A DNA stretch of 64,000 bases from a virus. Taxonomy: Duplodnaviria > Caudoviricetes. Every line of letters starts with the position of its first letter. The first letter of the stretch is position 1. A program made the position numbers and the translations under genes. Of this stretch, positions 39,631 to 48,932 are shown piece after piece. The notes under the pieces were generated by a model. The model was not told the origin of the DNA, did not search any database, and saw only the letters and a program-made list of their open reading frames with translations. Where the stretch lies: IMG/VR virus record IMGVR_UViG_3300032050_000028, positions 58,304 to 122,303 of that record; one strand, given 5' to 3'.

Positions 39631-40566
39631 ATGGCAAAGAAAGTTATAGAAGATGACGATGATTTAGAAAACGATTTTGATACTGAAAATGTCGATGAAT
39701 TCTCAGAAGATATAAATGATGAGGAAGAAAGTGATGATGAACTAATTAGTATTGATGATGAGGATATTGACATTGACATTGTTATAGAAATAGATGATGA
39801 TGATCTAAATTTAGAAACTGAAAATGAACAAACATCTACTGAAGAAGAGATAATTTTATCTAAACATAAAATTGAAGGAAAGCACTCTCTCAAGTATGAT
39901 TCTATCTTTAAGGGTAAAAAAGAAGAACCACTAAATGAGGATGATATTGATAGTTTTTCATCATATTTTAAAGAAACTATAGAAGTTGATAAATCATCTA
40001 TGTATCATCATGAATCTATTGATAATGAGATGTATATCAGAGCTAAGCAGGTAAAAGAAAGAGTTTACGATGTTTTGAAGTTAAATACTAGTCTAAATTT
40101 CTTAAATAATAGAAGAAAACCATCAAAGGTTGATTTTAACAACTATTATGAATTATTAAAAAATAGTTTAAAGGATGAAAGTTTTACAAATATAGAATTG
40201 TTTAACGAATTAGCTGTTTATTTTTCCGATAATCTTTTTAATATGTTTAAACTTTTAGATAACAAATGGAGAAATCTTATTATAAATGAACTACAAGAAC
40301 ACATAGGAAAAAATAAAAATTCTAAAGATATCACAAATAGAAACATTTATTTAGGTACAGAAATTGAATTTATGTGGACTGATGATTTCGGAGATGAAAA
40401 GTTGATTACCGGTGTTGTGATTGCGACGGATTATGAAACATCAAATTTTCGTGTAGACTCTTATGAAAATATTTATGATATATCAATTTCAGATATAACT
40501 AAAATATTGAATAATAGCAAATTCAAGTATAATCTCAATAAATTAAATAACATAGATTTCCTCTAA
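39631..40566 (+). CDS. hypothetical protein with very acidic N-terminus
   Basis: 311 aa, first ~75 aa mostly D/E. Confidence 0.75.
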   Translation: MAKKVIEDDDDLENDFDTENVDEFSEDINDEEESDDELISIDDEDIDIDIVIEIDDDDLNLETENEQTSTEEEIILSKHKIEGKHSLKYDSIFKGKKEEPLNEDDIDSFSSYFKETIEVDKSSMYHHESIDNEMYIRAKQVKERVYDVLKLNTSLNFLNNRRKPSKVDFNNYYELLKNSLKDESFTNIELFNELAVYFSDNLFNMFKLLDNKWRNLIINELQEHIGKNKNSKDITNRNIYLGTEIEFMWTDDFGDEKLITGVVIATDYETSNFRVDSYENIYDISISDITKILNNSKFKYNLNKLNNIDFL

Positions 40567-40673
40567 AAAATTTATTTTAATTGATTATAAAAAACCTCAA
40601 AAAAATGAAAAAATGAAATTTTTAAATAAAAATTGGCAACAATATATAACTAACAAAAAATTAAAAGGCAAAT

Positions 40674-43226
40674 ATGAATATAAAAGTAACTAAAAGAAAT
40701 GGGAAAAAAGAACCGGTAATGTTAGATAAAATTCTAGATAGAATTAATCAACAAACATATGGATTAGATTCAAAATGGATATCACCTTTTGATGTTGCTC
40801 AGAAAGTAATTGCTGGTGTGACTCCTGATATAAAAACATCAACGCTAGACCAATTAGCTATGGAAACAGCAGCTTCTCTTACAACAAAACATCCGGATTA
40901 TTCTGTTTTGGCTGCAAGATTAGCAATAACAGCTCTTCACAAAGAAACAAAGAAATCATTTTCTGAGACTGTTAATGATTTATATGAATATGTTAATCCT
41001 AAAACAGGAAAACACTCTCCAATAGTATCAAAGGATTTTAATGATATAGTAAAAAAATATGCTGATGAATTAGATTCAGCTATTGTTCACTCAAGAGATC
41101 ATAACTTTGATTATTTTGGTTTTAAAACTTTAGAAAAGTCATATTTGCTAAAAATTAATGGTGAAGTAGCAGAAAGACCTCAATATATGTATATGAGAAC
41201 TGCTATACAAGTATGGGGTGAGAATTTGGAAAAAGTTATTGAAACATATAATACACTCTCTGAAGGATACTACACTCATGCAACACCAACACTTTTTAAT
41301 TCAGGTACAACAAGACCTCAGTTATCTTCTTGTTTTCTTTTAGATACTGAAACAGATTCTATAGAGGGTATATTCAATACTCTTAAAGAATCAGCTCAGA
41401 TTTCAAAAAATGCAGGTGGAATTGGAATTTCTTTTAATAAAGTAAGAGCAAAAGGAACATATATCGCTGGTACTAACGGTACATCAAATGGTATTATTCC
41501 TTTCTTGAAAATCTTTAATGAGACGGCAAGAGCGGTCGATCAAGGTGGTGGTAAACGTAAAGGTTCAATTGCAATTTATATGGAGCCTTGGCACGCTGAT
41601 ATTATGGAATTCCTAGACTTAAGAAAAAATCAAGGTAAAGATGAGATTAGAGCAAGAGACCTTTTCTTAGCTATTTGGAACAATGATTTATTTATGGAGA
41701 GAGTTGACTTAGATGAGGATTGGTCACTTATGTGTCCACATGAGTGTGAGGGTCTTAATGAGACTTATGGAGAAGAATTCAGAAAACTTTATTTAAATTA
41801 TGAAAGTAAAGGTAAAGTTAAAAGAACTGTAAAAGCAAGAGAAGTTTGGAATAAAATTTTAGAGTCTCAAATTGAAACAGGAACACCTTATATTCTTTAT
41901 AAAGATTCTATCAATGAGAAATCTAATCAATCAAATATTGGAATTGTAAGAAGTTCAAATCTTTGTGCTGAGATAGTCGAGGCGACTGGGGTTACTAAAG
42001 TTCAAAAAGAAATTTTACAAAATAAAGAACTACTAGAGTCTTTAGGTTTAGGTGAATTTTATGGCGAAGAGTCTGTTAATGAAACTGCAGTTTGTAACTT
42101 AGCTTCAATAGCACTGCCTAAATTCATTAACAAAAATAAAACTTACAATTTCAATAAGTTGTATGAAGTTGCATACAGTGCGATTGTTAATTTAAATAAT
42201 GTTATTGATGTTAATTACTATCCTTCAAAAGCGGCTAAATTTTCTAACCTATTGCATAGACCTGTTGGTTTGGGAGTGCAGGGACTTGCTGATGTCTTCT
42301 TTACACTTAATCTACCTTATGATTCTGATGACGCTAAACAATTGAATAAAGAAATTTTTGAAACTATTTATTACGCTTCGATTAAAGCATCTTGTGATTT
42401 GGCTAAGGAACAAGGAACTTATGCAACTTATAAAGGTTCTCCTATTTCAGAAGGTAAATTTCAATTCGATCTTTGGGGAGCTAAACCTACAAAAAGATGG
42501 GATTGGGAAAAATTAAGAGAAGAAGTTAAAAAACATGGTGTTAGAAATTCTTTAACAACTTGTATTATGCCAACTGCTTCTACTGCTTCTATTTTAGGAA
42601 ATGAAGCATCTTGTGAGGCTCAAACCTCAAATATGTATACTAGAGGAGTTCTTTCAGGGACATTTATCTTAGTAAATAAGTATTTAGTCAAAGAATTGGT
42701 TAAATTAGGTATTTGGGATGATAATTTAAGAAAAAGAATTATTGCTGAGAATGGCTCTGTTCAAAATATTCCACAGATTCCAACTGGTGTTAAGGAAATA
42801 TTTAAAACAGTTTATGAAATTAAACAAAGAGATGTTATTGATATGGCTGCTGATAGAGGAGCATTTATCGACCAAACTCAATCAATGAATATTTTTATGG
42901 ACTCTCCGAACTTTGCTAAATTGACTTCAATGCATTTTTATGGTTGGGGTAGAAGAAGCCTTATGAAGGATACCAATGGTCAAGTTATTTTACCACAAGG
43001 TGAAAACATTGAAATCATTTATGATAAAGATGGTAGTCCAAGATTCTATAGAGAGAAAAAGAATAATCTTAAAACTGGAATCTATTATTTGAGAAATAAA
43101 TCAGCAACAGATGCGGTTAAATTTACTATTCAAGAAGAAAAAGAAGTTAAGACAGTTGAAGAACAAATGGCTGAAATCAGCTGTTCATTGGATGATCCAG
43201 ATTCATGTTTAGCTTGTGGAGCCTAA
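40674..43226 (+). CDS. nrdA: ribonucleotide reductase class Ia large subunit with ATP cone
   Basis: VTKRNG cone, ATPTLFN, SSCF, GGGKRKG, SNLCAEI, VCNLAS, PTAST, KTGIYYLR, C-terminal CxxC. Confidence 0.97.
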   Translation: MNIKVTKRNGKKEPVMLDKILDRINQQTYGLDSKWISPFDVAQKVIAGVTPDIKTSTLDQLAMETAASLTTKHPDYSVLAARLAITALHKETKKSFSETVNDLYEYVNPKTGKHSPIVSKDFNDIVKKYADELDSAIVHSRDHNFDYFGFKTLEKSYLLKINGEVAERPQYMYMRTAIQVWGENLEKVIETYNTLSEGYYTHATPTLFNSGTTRPQLSSCFLLDTETDSIEGIFNTLKESAQISKNAGGIGISFNKVRAKGTYIAGTNGTSNGIIPFLKIFNETARAVDQGGGKRKGSIAIYMEPWHADIMEFLDLRKNQGKDEIRARDLFLAIWNNDLFMERVDLDEDWSLMCPHECEGLNETYGEEFRKLYLNYESKGKVKRTVKAREVWNKILESQIETGTPYILYKDSINEKSNQSNIGIVRSSNLCAEIVEATGVTKVQKEILQNKELLESLGLGEFYGEESVNETAVCNLASIALPKFINKNKTYNFNKLYEVAYSAIVNLNNVIDVNYYPSKAAKFSNLLHRPVGLGVQGLADVFFTLNLPYDSDDAKQLNKEIFETIYYASIKASCDLAKEQGTYATYKGSPISEGKFQFDLWGAKPTKRWDWEKLREEVKKHGVRNSLTTCIMPTASTASILGNEASCEAQTSNMYTRGVLSGTFILVNKYLVKELVKLGIWDDNLRKRIIAENGSVQNIPQIPTGVKEIFKTVYEIKQRDVIDMAADRGAFIDQTQSMNIFMDSPNFAKLTSMHFYGWGRRSLMKDTNGQVILPQGENIEIIYDKDGSPRFYREKKNNLKTGIYYLRNKSATDAVKFTIQEEKEVKTVEEQMAEISCSLDDPDSCLACGA

Positions 43227-43240
43227 CTTTTACAAAAAAT

Positions 43241-43277
43241 AAAAAAAAGGAGAAAATTTAAACTTTCTCCTTTTTTT
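43241..43277 (+). terminator. intrinsic terminator after nrdA
   Basis: aaaaggagaaa...tttctcctttt. Confidence 0.85.
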
Positions 43278-43401
43278 ATGCTATAAAAAATCCACCTTCG
43301 AAAAAAACGAAATTTTGAAGGTTGATATATAACATACTTTTAAGAAAAAAAATTAAAACTTTTTAAACTTTTTGATTTTTTGAAATAAAAGTTTAACTAA
43401 C

Positions 43402-43482
43402 AATTACCCAGTAGTGAGATAGAGAGTTACTTCGAAATTTGGATTCTAAAAAACACTCTCCGTCAATTTACTCTGGTCAATT
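43402..43482 (+). ncRNA. candidate Y-RNA-like ncRNA 1 (about 70-80 nt)
   Basis: ends pair (ccagtagt/actctgg), inner stem gagagt/actctc, GATAG before and TACTTCGA after the inner stem; upstream of Ro60. Confidence 0.6.
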
Positions 43483-43496
43483 ATATAGTTTAAAAC

Positions 43497-43717
43497 GCAA
43501 ACATAGCGATAGTTTGAGATACTTCGATACAATTTATAAATTCAGAACGATCGAAAAGTGTCTAAAGCGACTAGCTAAGACTACCAACAGCCTTTTTAAG
43601 GTGAGGTGAAAAGTCCGGAAGATACCACGTAAAGGGTCAAGTGAGATGATACTTTAATTATCGGCAAAGTTTTTGGGAGAATTCTTTGTAACGCTCAGGC
43701 TAAATTATCTTGTTTGC
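43497..43717 (+). ncRNA. candidate Y-RNA-like ncRNA 2 (221 nt)
   Basis: gcaaaca/tgtttgc closing stem, agtttgag/ctcaggct inner stem, same GATAG and TACTTCGA elements, several internal hairpins. Confidence 0.6.
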
Positions 43718-43727
43718 TAAATTATAT

Positions 43728-43769
43728 AAAAAGACCAGATTTATCTTCGGATAGTCTGGTCTTTTTTTT
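43728..43769 (+). terminator. intrinsic terminator between the ncRNAs and Ro60
   Basis: aaagaccagat-ttatc-ttcg-gata-gtctggtc-T8. Confidence 0.85.
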
Positions 43770-43798
43770 GTATTAAAATTAAAAATAAAAATAAAGTT

Positions 43799-45253
43799 AT
43801 GTCAAAATTTAACGCAACATTACCAAAACAAAAAACACTAACTGAAAACTTAGCTGGTGGACAAGCTTATTCTCAATCTACTGAGATGGCACTAGTATCT
43901 CTTTTATTAACATCATTTGTTAATGACCAGTTTTATAGAGGTGCTCAAACCACGCTACAGGAATTGAAGAAGTTATCCGAGAAAGTTAAAGACAAAGAAT
44001 TTGTCGCTAAATCTGCTATTTATGCTCGTGATAAGTTTGGAATGCGTAGTGTTACTCATGCACTTGCTGCTGAATTAACCTCTCAGTTGAATGGTGCTGA
44101 GTGGGGTAAAGACTTTTATAATAAAGTTATTGTTCGTGTTGATGACATGACTGAAATTCTTTCTTATTACTTAGCCTACAAAACCGAAAAAGACAATCCT
44201 AAGTTTCCTAATTCTTTGAAAAAGGGATTTGCTAAGGCTTTTGATAAATTTGATGGTTATCAGTTGGCTAAGTATAAAGGAGAAAACAAAGATGTTAAAC
44301 TAGTTGATATAGTAAACTTGGTCCATCCAGTTCCAACTCAAAGAAACAAAGAAGCTTTAGAACTTCTTGTAAAAGGTGAGTTAAAGAATACTGAGACTTG
44401 GGAAGCTAAGTTATCTGCAGTTGGACAACAAGCGGATTCGGAAGAAGAGTTGGCTAATTTGAAGTCAAATGCTTGGTCTGAACTTATTGAAACGAGAAAA
44501 ATTGGATATTTTGCGCTTCTTAGAAATTTAAGGAACATTATTACACAATCTCCAGGTTCTGTAAAATCGGCTTGTGAAATGTTAGTTGATGAAAAGTTGA
44601 TAAAAAACTCAAGAGTTCTTCCTTTCCGTTTTGCTACTGCTTACGATGAAATTAATAAAGTTGGATCATCTAAGGAGGTTAGAGACGTTCTTGTTGCTAT
44701 CAATCAGGCTCTTGAAGTTTCTATTCATAACGTTCCTAAATTTGAAGGTGAGACGCTTGTAGTAATGGATGTATCTGGTTCCATGATGGGTAGAGCATCT
44801 GAAATTGCTTCTCTTTTCGGAGCAGTTTTGGCAAAAGCAAACAACTGTGATGTTATGAAATTTGCCACTAATGCTGATTATAAATCATACAATCCATTGG
44901 ATTCTGTTATGTCTATAAGAAATAGTTTTAAGTATTCTGGTGGTGGAACTAACTTCAAAGCTATTTTTCAAAAGGCTAATAAAAAATATGACCGTGTTAT
45001 TATCTTAAGTGATATGCAAGGCTGGGTAGGTTATACAAGTCCATCTTCAGAGTTCAAGTCTTACAAAAAGAAATTTGATGCGAATCCTTTTGTTTATTCT
45101 TGGGATTTAGCTGGTTACGGAACTTTACAGTTTCCTGAAAATAATGTGTTTTGTTTGGCAGGATTCTCTGATAAAGTTTTTGATATTATGGGTCTTATGG
45201 AGACTGATAAGAAGGCACTTTATAATGAGATTAACTCTATCAAAATAGTTTAA
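43799..45253 (+). CDS. rsr: Ro60/TROVE-domain RNA-binding protein with vWA domain
   Basis: NLAGGQAY, YQLAKYK, HP, TWE, ALLRNLRNI, LPFRF, MIDAS DVSGSM, GGT, SDMQ. Confidence 0.92.
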   Translation: MSKFNATLPKQKTLTENLAGGQAYSQSTEMALVSLLLTSFVNDQFYRGAQTTLQELKKLSEKVKDKEFVAKSAIYARDKFGMRSVTHALAAELTSQLNGAEWGKDFYNKVIVRVDDMTEILSYYLAYKTEKDNPKFPNSLKKGFAKAFDKFDGYQLAKYKGENKDVKLVDIVNLVHPVPTQRNKEALELLVKGELKNTETWEAKLSAVGQQADSEEELANLKSNAWSELIETRKIGYFALLRNLRNIITQSPGSVKSACEMLVDEKLIKNSRVLPFRFATAYDEINKVGSSKEVRDVLVAINQALEVSIHNVPKFEGETLVVMDVSGSMMGRASEIASLFGAVLAKANNCDVMKFATNADYKSYNPLDSVMSIRNSFKYSGGGTNFKAIFQKANKKYDRVIILSDMQGWVGYTSPSSEFKSYKKKFDANPFVYSWDLAGYGTLQFPENNVFCLAGFSDKVFDIMGLMETDKKALYNEINSIKIV

Positions 45254-45254
45254 T

Positions 45255-45284
45255 AAAAAAGCCACTCAGTGAGTGGCTTTTTTT
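45255..45284. terminator. bidirectional intrinsic terminator
   Basis: aaaaaagccactc-agt-gagtggcttttt. Confidence 0.9.
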
Positions 45285-46077
45285 ATTTCCAAATGTTTTC
45301 TAAATCAATTTTTGAGTTTATATCTATTATTCTTCCGTTTTTTTTCAAAGAGTATTTTTGTATAGGTAAAAACATATTGAGTACTTCTTTAATTTTTATT
45401 TTTTCTTCAATATCTATATCAAAATTAAATATTTGAATCAAGTTTTCTATCTCGTTAAAGCTCAAATATCTTTTATGTGATAAAAAGAAAGTAAAGTCAA
45501 AACTATAATTATTAAGTTTTTTTGATTCTTTATCAGAAGATTTATAGATTAGATAATTTGTTAAACTATTTTCAACACCTATTGAAGGTAATGCGTATTT
45601 GTAACCATTTACATCAAAACACTTTTCTTCATTATTATAATATTTTGAAATTTCTTCTTTAAGATTGTAATAGTTGAAACTATCGTTACTAAACTCTATT
45701 TTATTTTTTTTGCCATTTTCTTCATCAAAATACACTATATCAATTCCTTTGTTCTTTGTAAATTTCACTATTTCTAAAAAAATGAATATGACATCTATAC
45801 TTTTTATATCATCGAAGACATAATTACTTGATAGAAAGATATTATTTTCTACTACTTTTTTAACTTTTTGAATTATCATGCCAATATCATCTTTAACAAA
45901 ATTGAATTCATATTCGATAATATCTTCTACTTTTGCTCTTTCTATTGAAATTTGAAAATCTTCATTGTAAAACAAACCTTGAGATGGAAGTTTATTATTA
46001 TCTAATTTTTTTCTTAAGTTAAGGACGCTTTTTACAACACCTATAATATTACAATTTAGAATTGACTTAATATCCAT
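45283..46077 (-). CDS. possible T4-like baseplate hub assembly protein
   Basis: LPSQGLFY motif and overall size recall gp26/gp51-like hub proteins; late-type promoter. Confidence 0.4.
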   Translation of the reverse strand: MDIKSILNCNIIGVVKSVLNLRKKLDNNKLPSQGLFYNEDFQISIERAKVEDIIEYEFNFVKDDIGMIIQKVKKVVENNIFLSSNYVFDDIKSIDVIFIFLEIVKFTKNKGIDIVYFDEENGKKNKIEFSNDSFNYYNLKEEISKYYNNEEKCFDVNGYKYALPSIGVENSLTNYLIYKSSDKESKKLNNYSFDFTFFLSHKRYLSFNEIENLIQIFNFDIDIEEKIKIKEVLNMFLPIQKYSLKKNGRIIDINSKIDLENIWK

Positions 46078-46128
46078 GATTTATATATTAATTTTCAAAG
46101 AGCCTCATGTTGACCAAATATATAAATA

Positions 46129-46854
46129 ATGGTAATCAATGATGATTGTGTTAATTATTTAGATAATATTGCTAACGATTCGATAGATTTAATTTTAATA
46201 GATCCGCCATATTTAGTCTCTAGAGATTCAAATTTTAAAAAAATATCTGAAAATACTTCCAGTCAAATGGCTACTAAATATAATATATCAATTGATTTTG
46301 GTGATTGGGACAAACAAGAATTAAATTGGAATAACTTATTTAGACAATTTTCAAGAATACTCAAAAAAGGTGGTACTTTAATTATATTTTATGATGTATG
46401 GAAATCTACAGAGATTAAGGACTTCGCTGAGATGTATAAGTTTAAACAACCAAGAGTTGGTGTTTGGTCAAAAACAAACCCAGTGCCAATTAATTCATCA
46501 GTAAACTACTTGTCAAATGCTAATGAATATTTTTTTACCTTTGTAAAAGGTTCATCACCCACGTTTAATTCTAAATATGACAATGCAATTTACAAATTTC
46601 CAATTTGTCATGGTAAAGAAAGATACTCACATCCCACTCAGAAACCTTTGCACTTAATTTCTGAACTCATTTCTAAACATTCAAATGTTGGTGATTTAGT
46701 ACTAGATTGTTTTGCTGGAACTGGTACTACAGGTCACGCTTGTAAGTTATTGAATAGAGATTTTATTTTAATAGAGAAGGATTTTAAATATTATGAAATA
46801 ATAAATGAGAGGTTAAACAAATTGACAATGGATGAATATATAGTAAAAAAATAA
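46129..46854 (+). CDS. DNA N6-adenine/N4-cytosine methyltransferase (beta class)
   Basis: DPPY, HPTQKP, VLDCFAGTGTT. Confidence 0.92.
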   Translation: MVINDDCVNYLDNIANDSIDLILIDPPYLVSRDSNFKKISENTSSQMATKYNISIDFGDWDKQELNWNNLFRQFSRILKKGGTLIIFYDVWKSTEIKDFAEMYKFKQPRVGVWSKTNPVPINSSVNYLSNANEYFFTFVKGSSPTFNSKYDNAIYKFPICHGKERYSHPTQKPLHLISELISKHSNVGDLVLDCFAGTGTTGHACKLLNRDFILIEKDFKYYEIINERLNKLTMDEYIVKK

Positions 46855-46863
46855 AACATAGTT

Positions 46864-47265
46864 ATGTCTATAATTGTAAAAAATTCACAACTAAATAGTG
46901 ATGCTGTTTCAGCACTAAATAATCTGATAGAACTCGATATAAATGCAAATGTTGCCTTTAAACTTTCAAGAATTATCAGAGAAATATCATCAATTGTTGA
47001 TGATAAAACTAAAATGGAAAAGAGAATATTTGAAAAATGGTGTGAAAAGGATGAAAATGATAAACCAAAACCAGCACTTGATGAATCTGGAAACGTGATA
47101 GAAGGTGCTGTAAATATTACAAATGTTGAGGAGTTTTCAAGAGAGATGTCTATGTTGATGGATGTTGTTAATGAAATTCCTTATAGTAAAATTAATTTTG
47201 AGGATTTAAATCTTAAAACTGCTAAGGTAAAAGATTTGCTAAAATTAGAATTTCTTTTTGAATAA
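46864..47265 (+). CDS. hypothetical protein
   Basis: 133-aa ORF. Confidence 0.7.
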   Translation: MSIIVKNSQLNSDAVSALNNLIELDINANVAFKLSRIIREISSIVDDKTKMEKRIFEKWCEKDENDKPKPALDESGNVIEGAVNITNVEEFSREMSMLMDVVNEIPYSKINFEDLNLKTAKVKDLLKLEFLFE

Positions 47266-47270
47266 AATTT

Positions 47271-47296
47271 AACCTGATTTCATCATCAGGTTTTTT
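47271..47296 (+). terminator. intrinsic terminator
   Basis: aacctgat-ttcatc-atcaggtttttt. Confidence 0.8.
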
Positions 47297-47331
47297 CTTT
47301 TTAATATATACTAAAAAGTTATATTATATAA

Positions 47332-48930
47332 ATGCCAACAACCTATAGTATTAATATTGGTCAATTGATTGAGGCTACGAGAAAACCAGACATTTTTTCA
47401 GTTTTAAAGGACTTACCGGATAACACTAAAAAATTAATATCCCCTCGTGATGTAAGAGATGCTTTTTTATCAGTCTGGGCTAACTCAACTATAAAACTTA
47501 CTACACCTGGAAATTACTCAACTTCTGAGTATATTGGTGTTGATTCTGGTAATCCAGATAATCGTGATATAAAAAGTAAAATATTATTAGGAAAAAGAAG
47601 TGTTGGTAATTTAGATGTCATGAATCCTACATTGTTAAATAGCGATACAGATATCTTCTTTTATAACACAAAATCTGATACCACAACTCAATCTTCAACA
47701 AAGATAGGATTTCTTTCAGGTACTAATAAAAATTTATTTCCTTATGCTCCTTATATAGAATCTCAATCAGTCACTGGTAGTAGAGTCGATTTTAATATAA
47801 ATAATCCATCAATTGGTGGTGGTGCTATAAGTATTTATTCAAATACTGGAAGAGTTTCCATAAATGGAATTGTATTTCCGACTTTATCTGAGAGTGCTGG
47901 TTCTGCATCAAATGGTAGAATATTGAGATATTATGGTACTTATCCTAATGGTTATTTAAAATGGGATGAGTCAATAACAACACTTACAAATATTGGAACT
48001 CCAGGAATCACAACTAGTATTTATGGTGAAAATGTTTTAGTTAACAATTATCCAATAGAATTCTGGAATGATGATTTAGTTCCTGTTACTATTGGTGGTG
48101 TGACTCAAGGTAGTTCGTTTCCGAAAGACTCTTTCACTGCGGGTGGATTTACTACACCGGGAACTGGTCAAAACTGGCCTATGACTGAGGTTATAAGAAA
48201 GGTATTATACCCTTATATTGAACCAACTTTACAATTGAGTGTATCAAATTTAGCAACCGGAACAACTTATGCTGAAAATGGTTATAATGCCACATTTTCT
48301 TTAGTTTATTCAATAACAAGCTATGCTAGAGTTGCTGACGAATATGTGAGTCATTTTGCATTAAGAAACTCATCAAATACAATATTTGAAGGTTCATCAT
48401 TTTCTGTCATACCGGGAACTACTTTGAATTCTACATTTACATATGCGACTAATTCTAATACAAGTTTCAAATTAGTTGCTTCTACTATTCCAGGTGTTAC
48501 AAACTCTGTGAGTCATCCATTTGGATTTACATTTTCTAGTGCCACTGCTAGTATTTCATTTATTAATCCAATTTTTTGTGGATTTCATCCAAGCGTAATA
48601 ACAAATACACTTGGTTTGCTTAATCTATTTTCGAATTCTAAAAAGAAAATTTTACCATACCCAGGAGCTAGTAATTCTGTTGTTTTCTCGGCTACCGGTA
48701 GCGGTTATTTTTACTTTGCTTATCCAAGTAGTTTTACGACAAATGTTGTCAGAGTTAAAGATCCTAATGGGTTTATTATACATGATACTACGTTAGGTAC
48801 TTCTTCTGCTTTCGGAAATACTTTTTCTACTATAAGTAGTCCAATTCCGTACAGCGGTCTTTATAGATTATGGAGAATTACTTTACCTACTGCTTATTCT
48901 GGCTCAGGTGAATTTGAATTTATATTTTAA
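47332..48930 (+). CDS. putative virion structural protein (beta-rich, Ser/Thr/Gly-rich)
   Basis: paralog of the next gene (ISPRDVRD, YIGVDSGNP, LLGKR, FP...SAS.G, YP); late promoter. Confidence 0.6.
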   Translation: MPTTYSINIGQLIEATRKPDIFSVLKDLPDNTKKLISPRDVRDAFLSVWANSTIKLTTPGNYSTSEYIGVDSGNPDNRDIKSKILLGKRSVGNLDVMNPTLLNSDTDIFFYNTKSDTTTQSSTKIGFLSGTNKNLFPYAPYIESQSVTGSRVDFNINNPSIGGGAISIYSNTGRVSINGIVFPTLSESAGSASNGRILRYYGTYPNGYLKWDESITTLTNIGTPGITTSIYGENVLVNNYPIEFWNDDLVPVTIGGVTQGSSFPKDSFTAGGFTTPGTGQNWPMTEVIRKVLYPYIEPTLQLSVSNLATGTTYAENGYNATFSLVYSITSYARVADEYVSHFALRNSSNTIFEGSSFSVIPGTTLNSTFTYATNSNTSFKLVASTIPGVTNSVSHPFGFTFSSATASISFINPIFCGFHPSVITNTLGLLNLFSNSKKKILPYPGASNSVVFSATGSGYFYFAYPSSFTTNVVRVKDPNGFIIHDTTLGTSSAFGNTFSTISSPIPYSGLYRLWRITLPTAYSGSGEFEFIF

Positions 48931-48932
48931 TT

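Noticed and set aside
41988-43067. Inteins or introns in nrdA
   Set aside because: The insertions are only about 30-38 aa, in frame, and have no C/S...HN splice residues
43293-43322. Hairpin accttcgaaa...ttttgaaggt upstream of the ncRNAs as a third RNA
   Set aside because: It lacks the GATAG/TACTTCGA layout and lies upstream of the likely promoters; function cannot be supported
43603-43619. GAGGTGAAAAGTCCGG resembles the RNase P RNA GAGGAAAGUCC motif
   Set aside because: No matching 3' P4 strand was found, and the element is short and enclosed in the Ro-type stem
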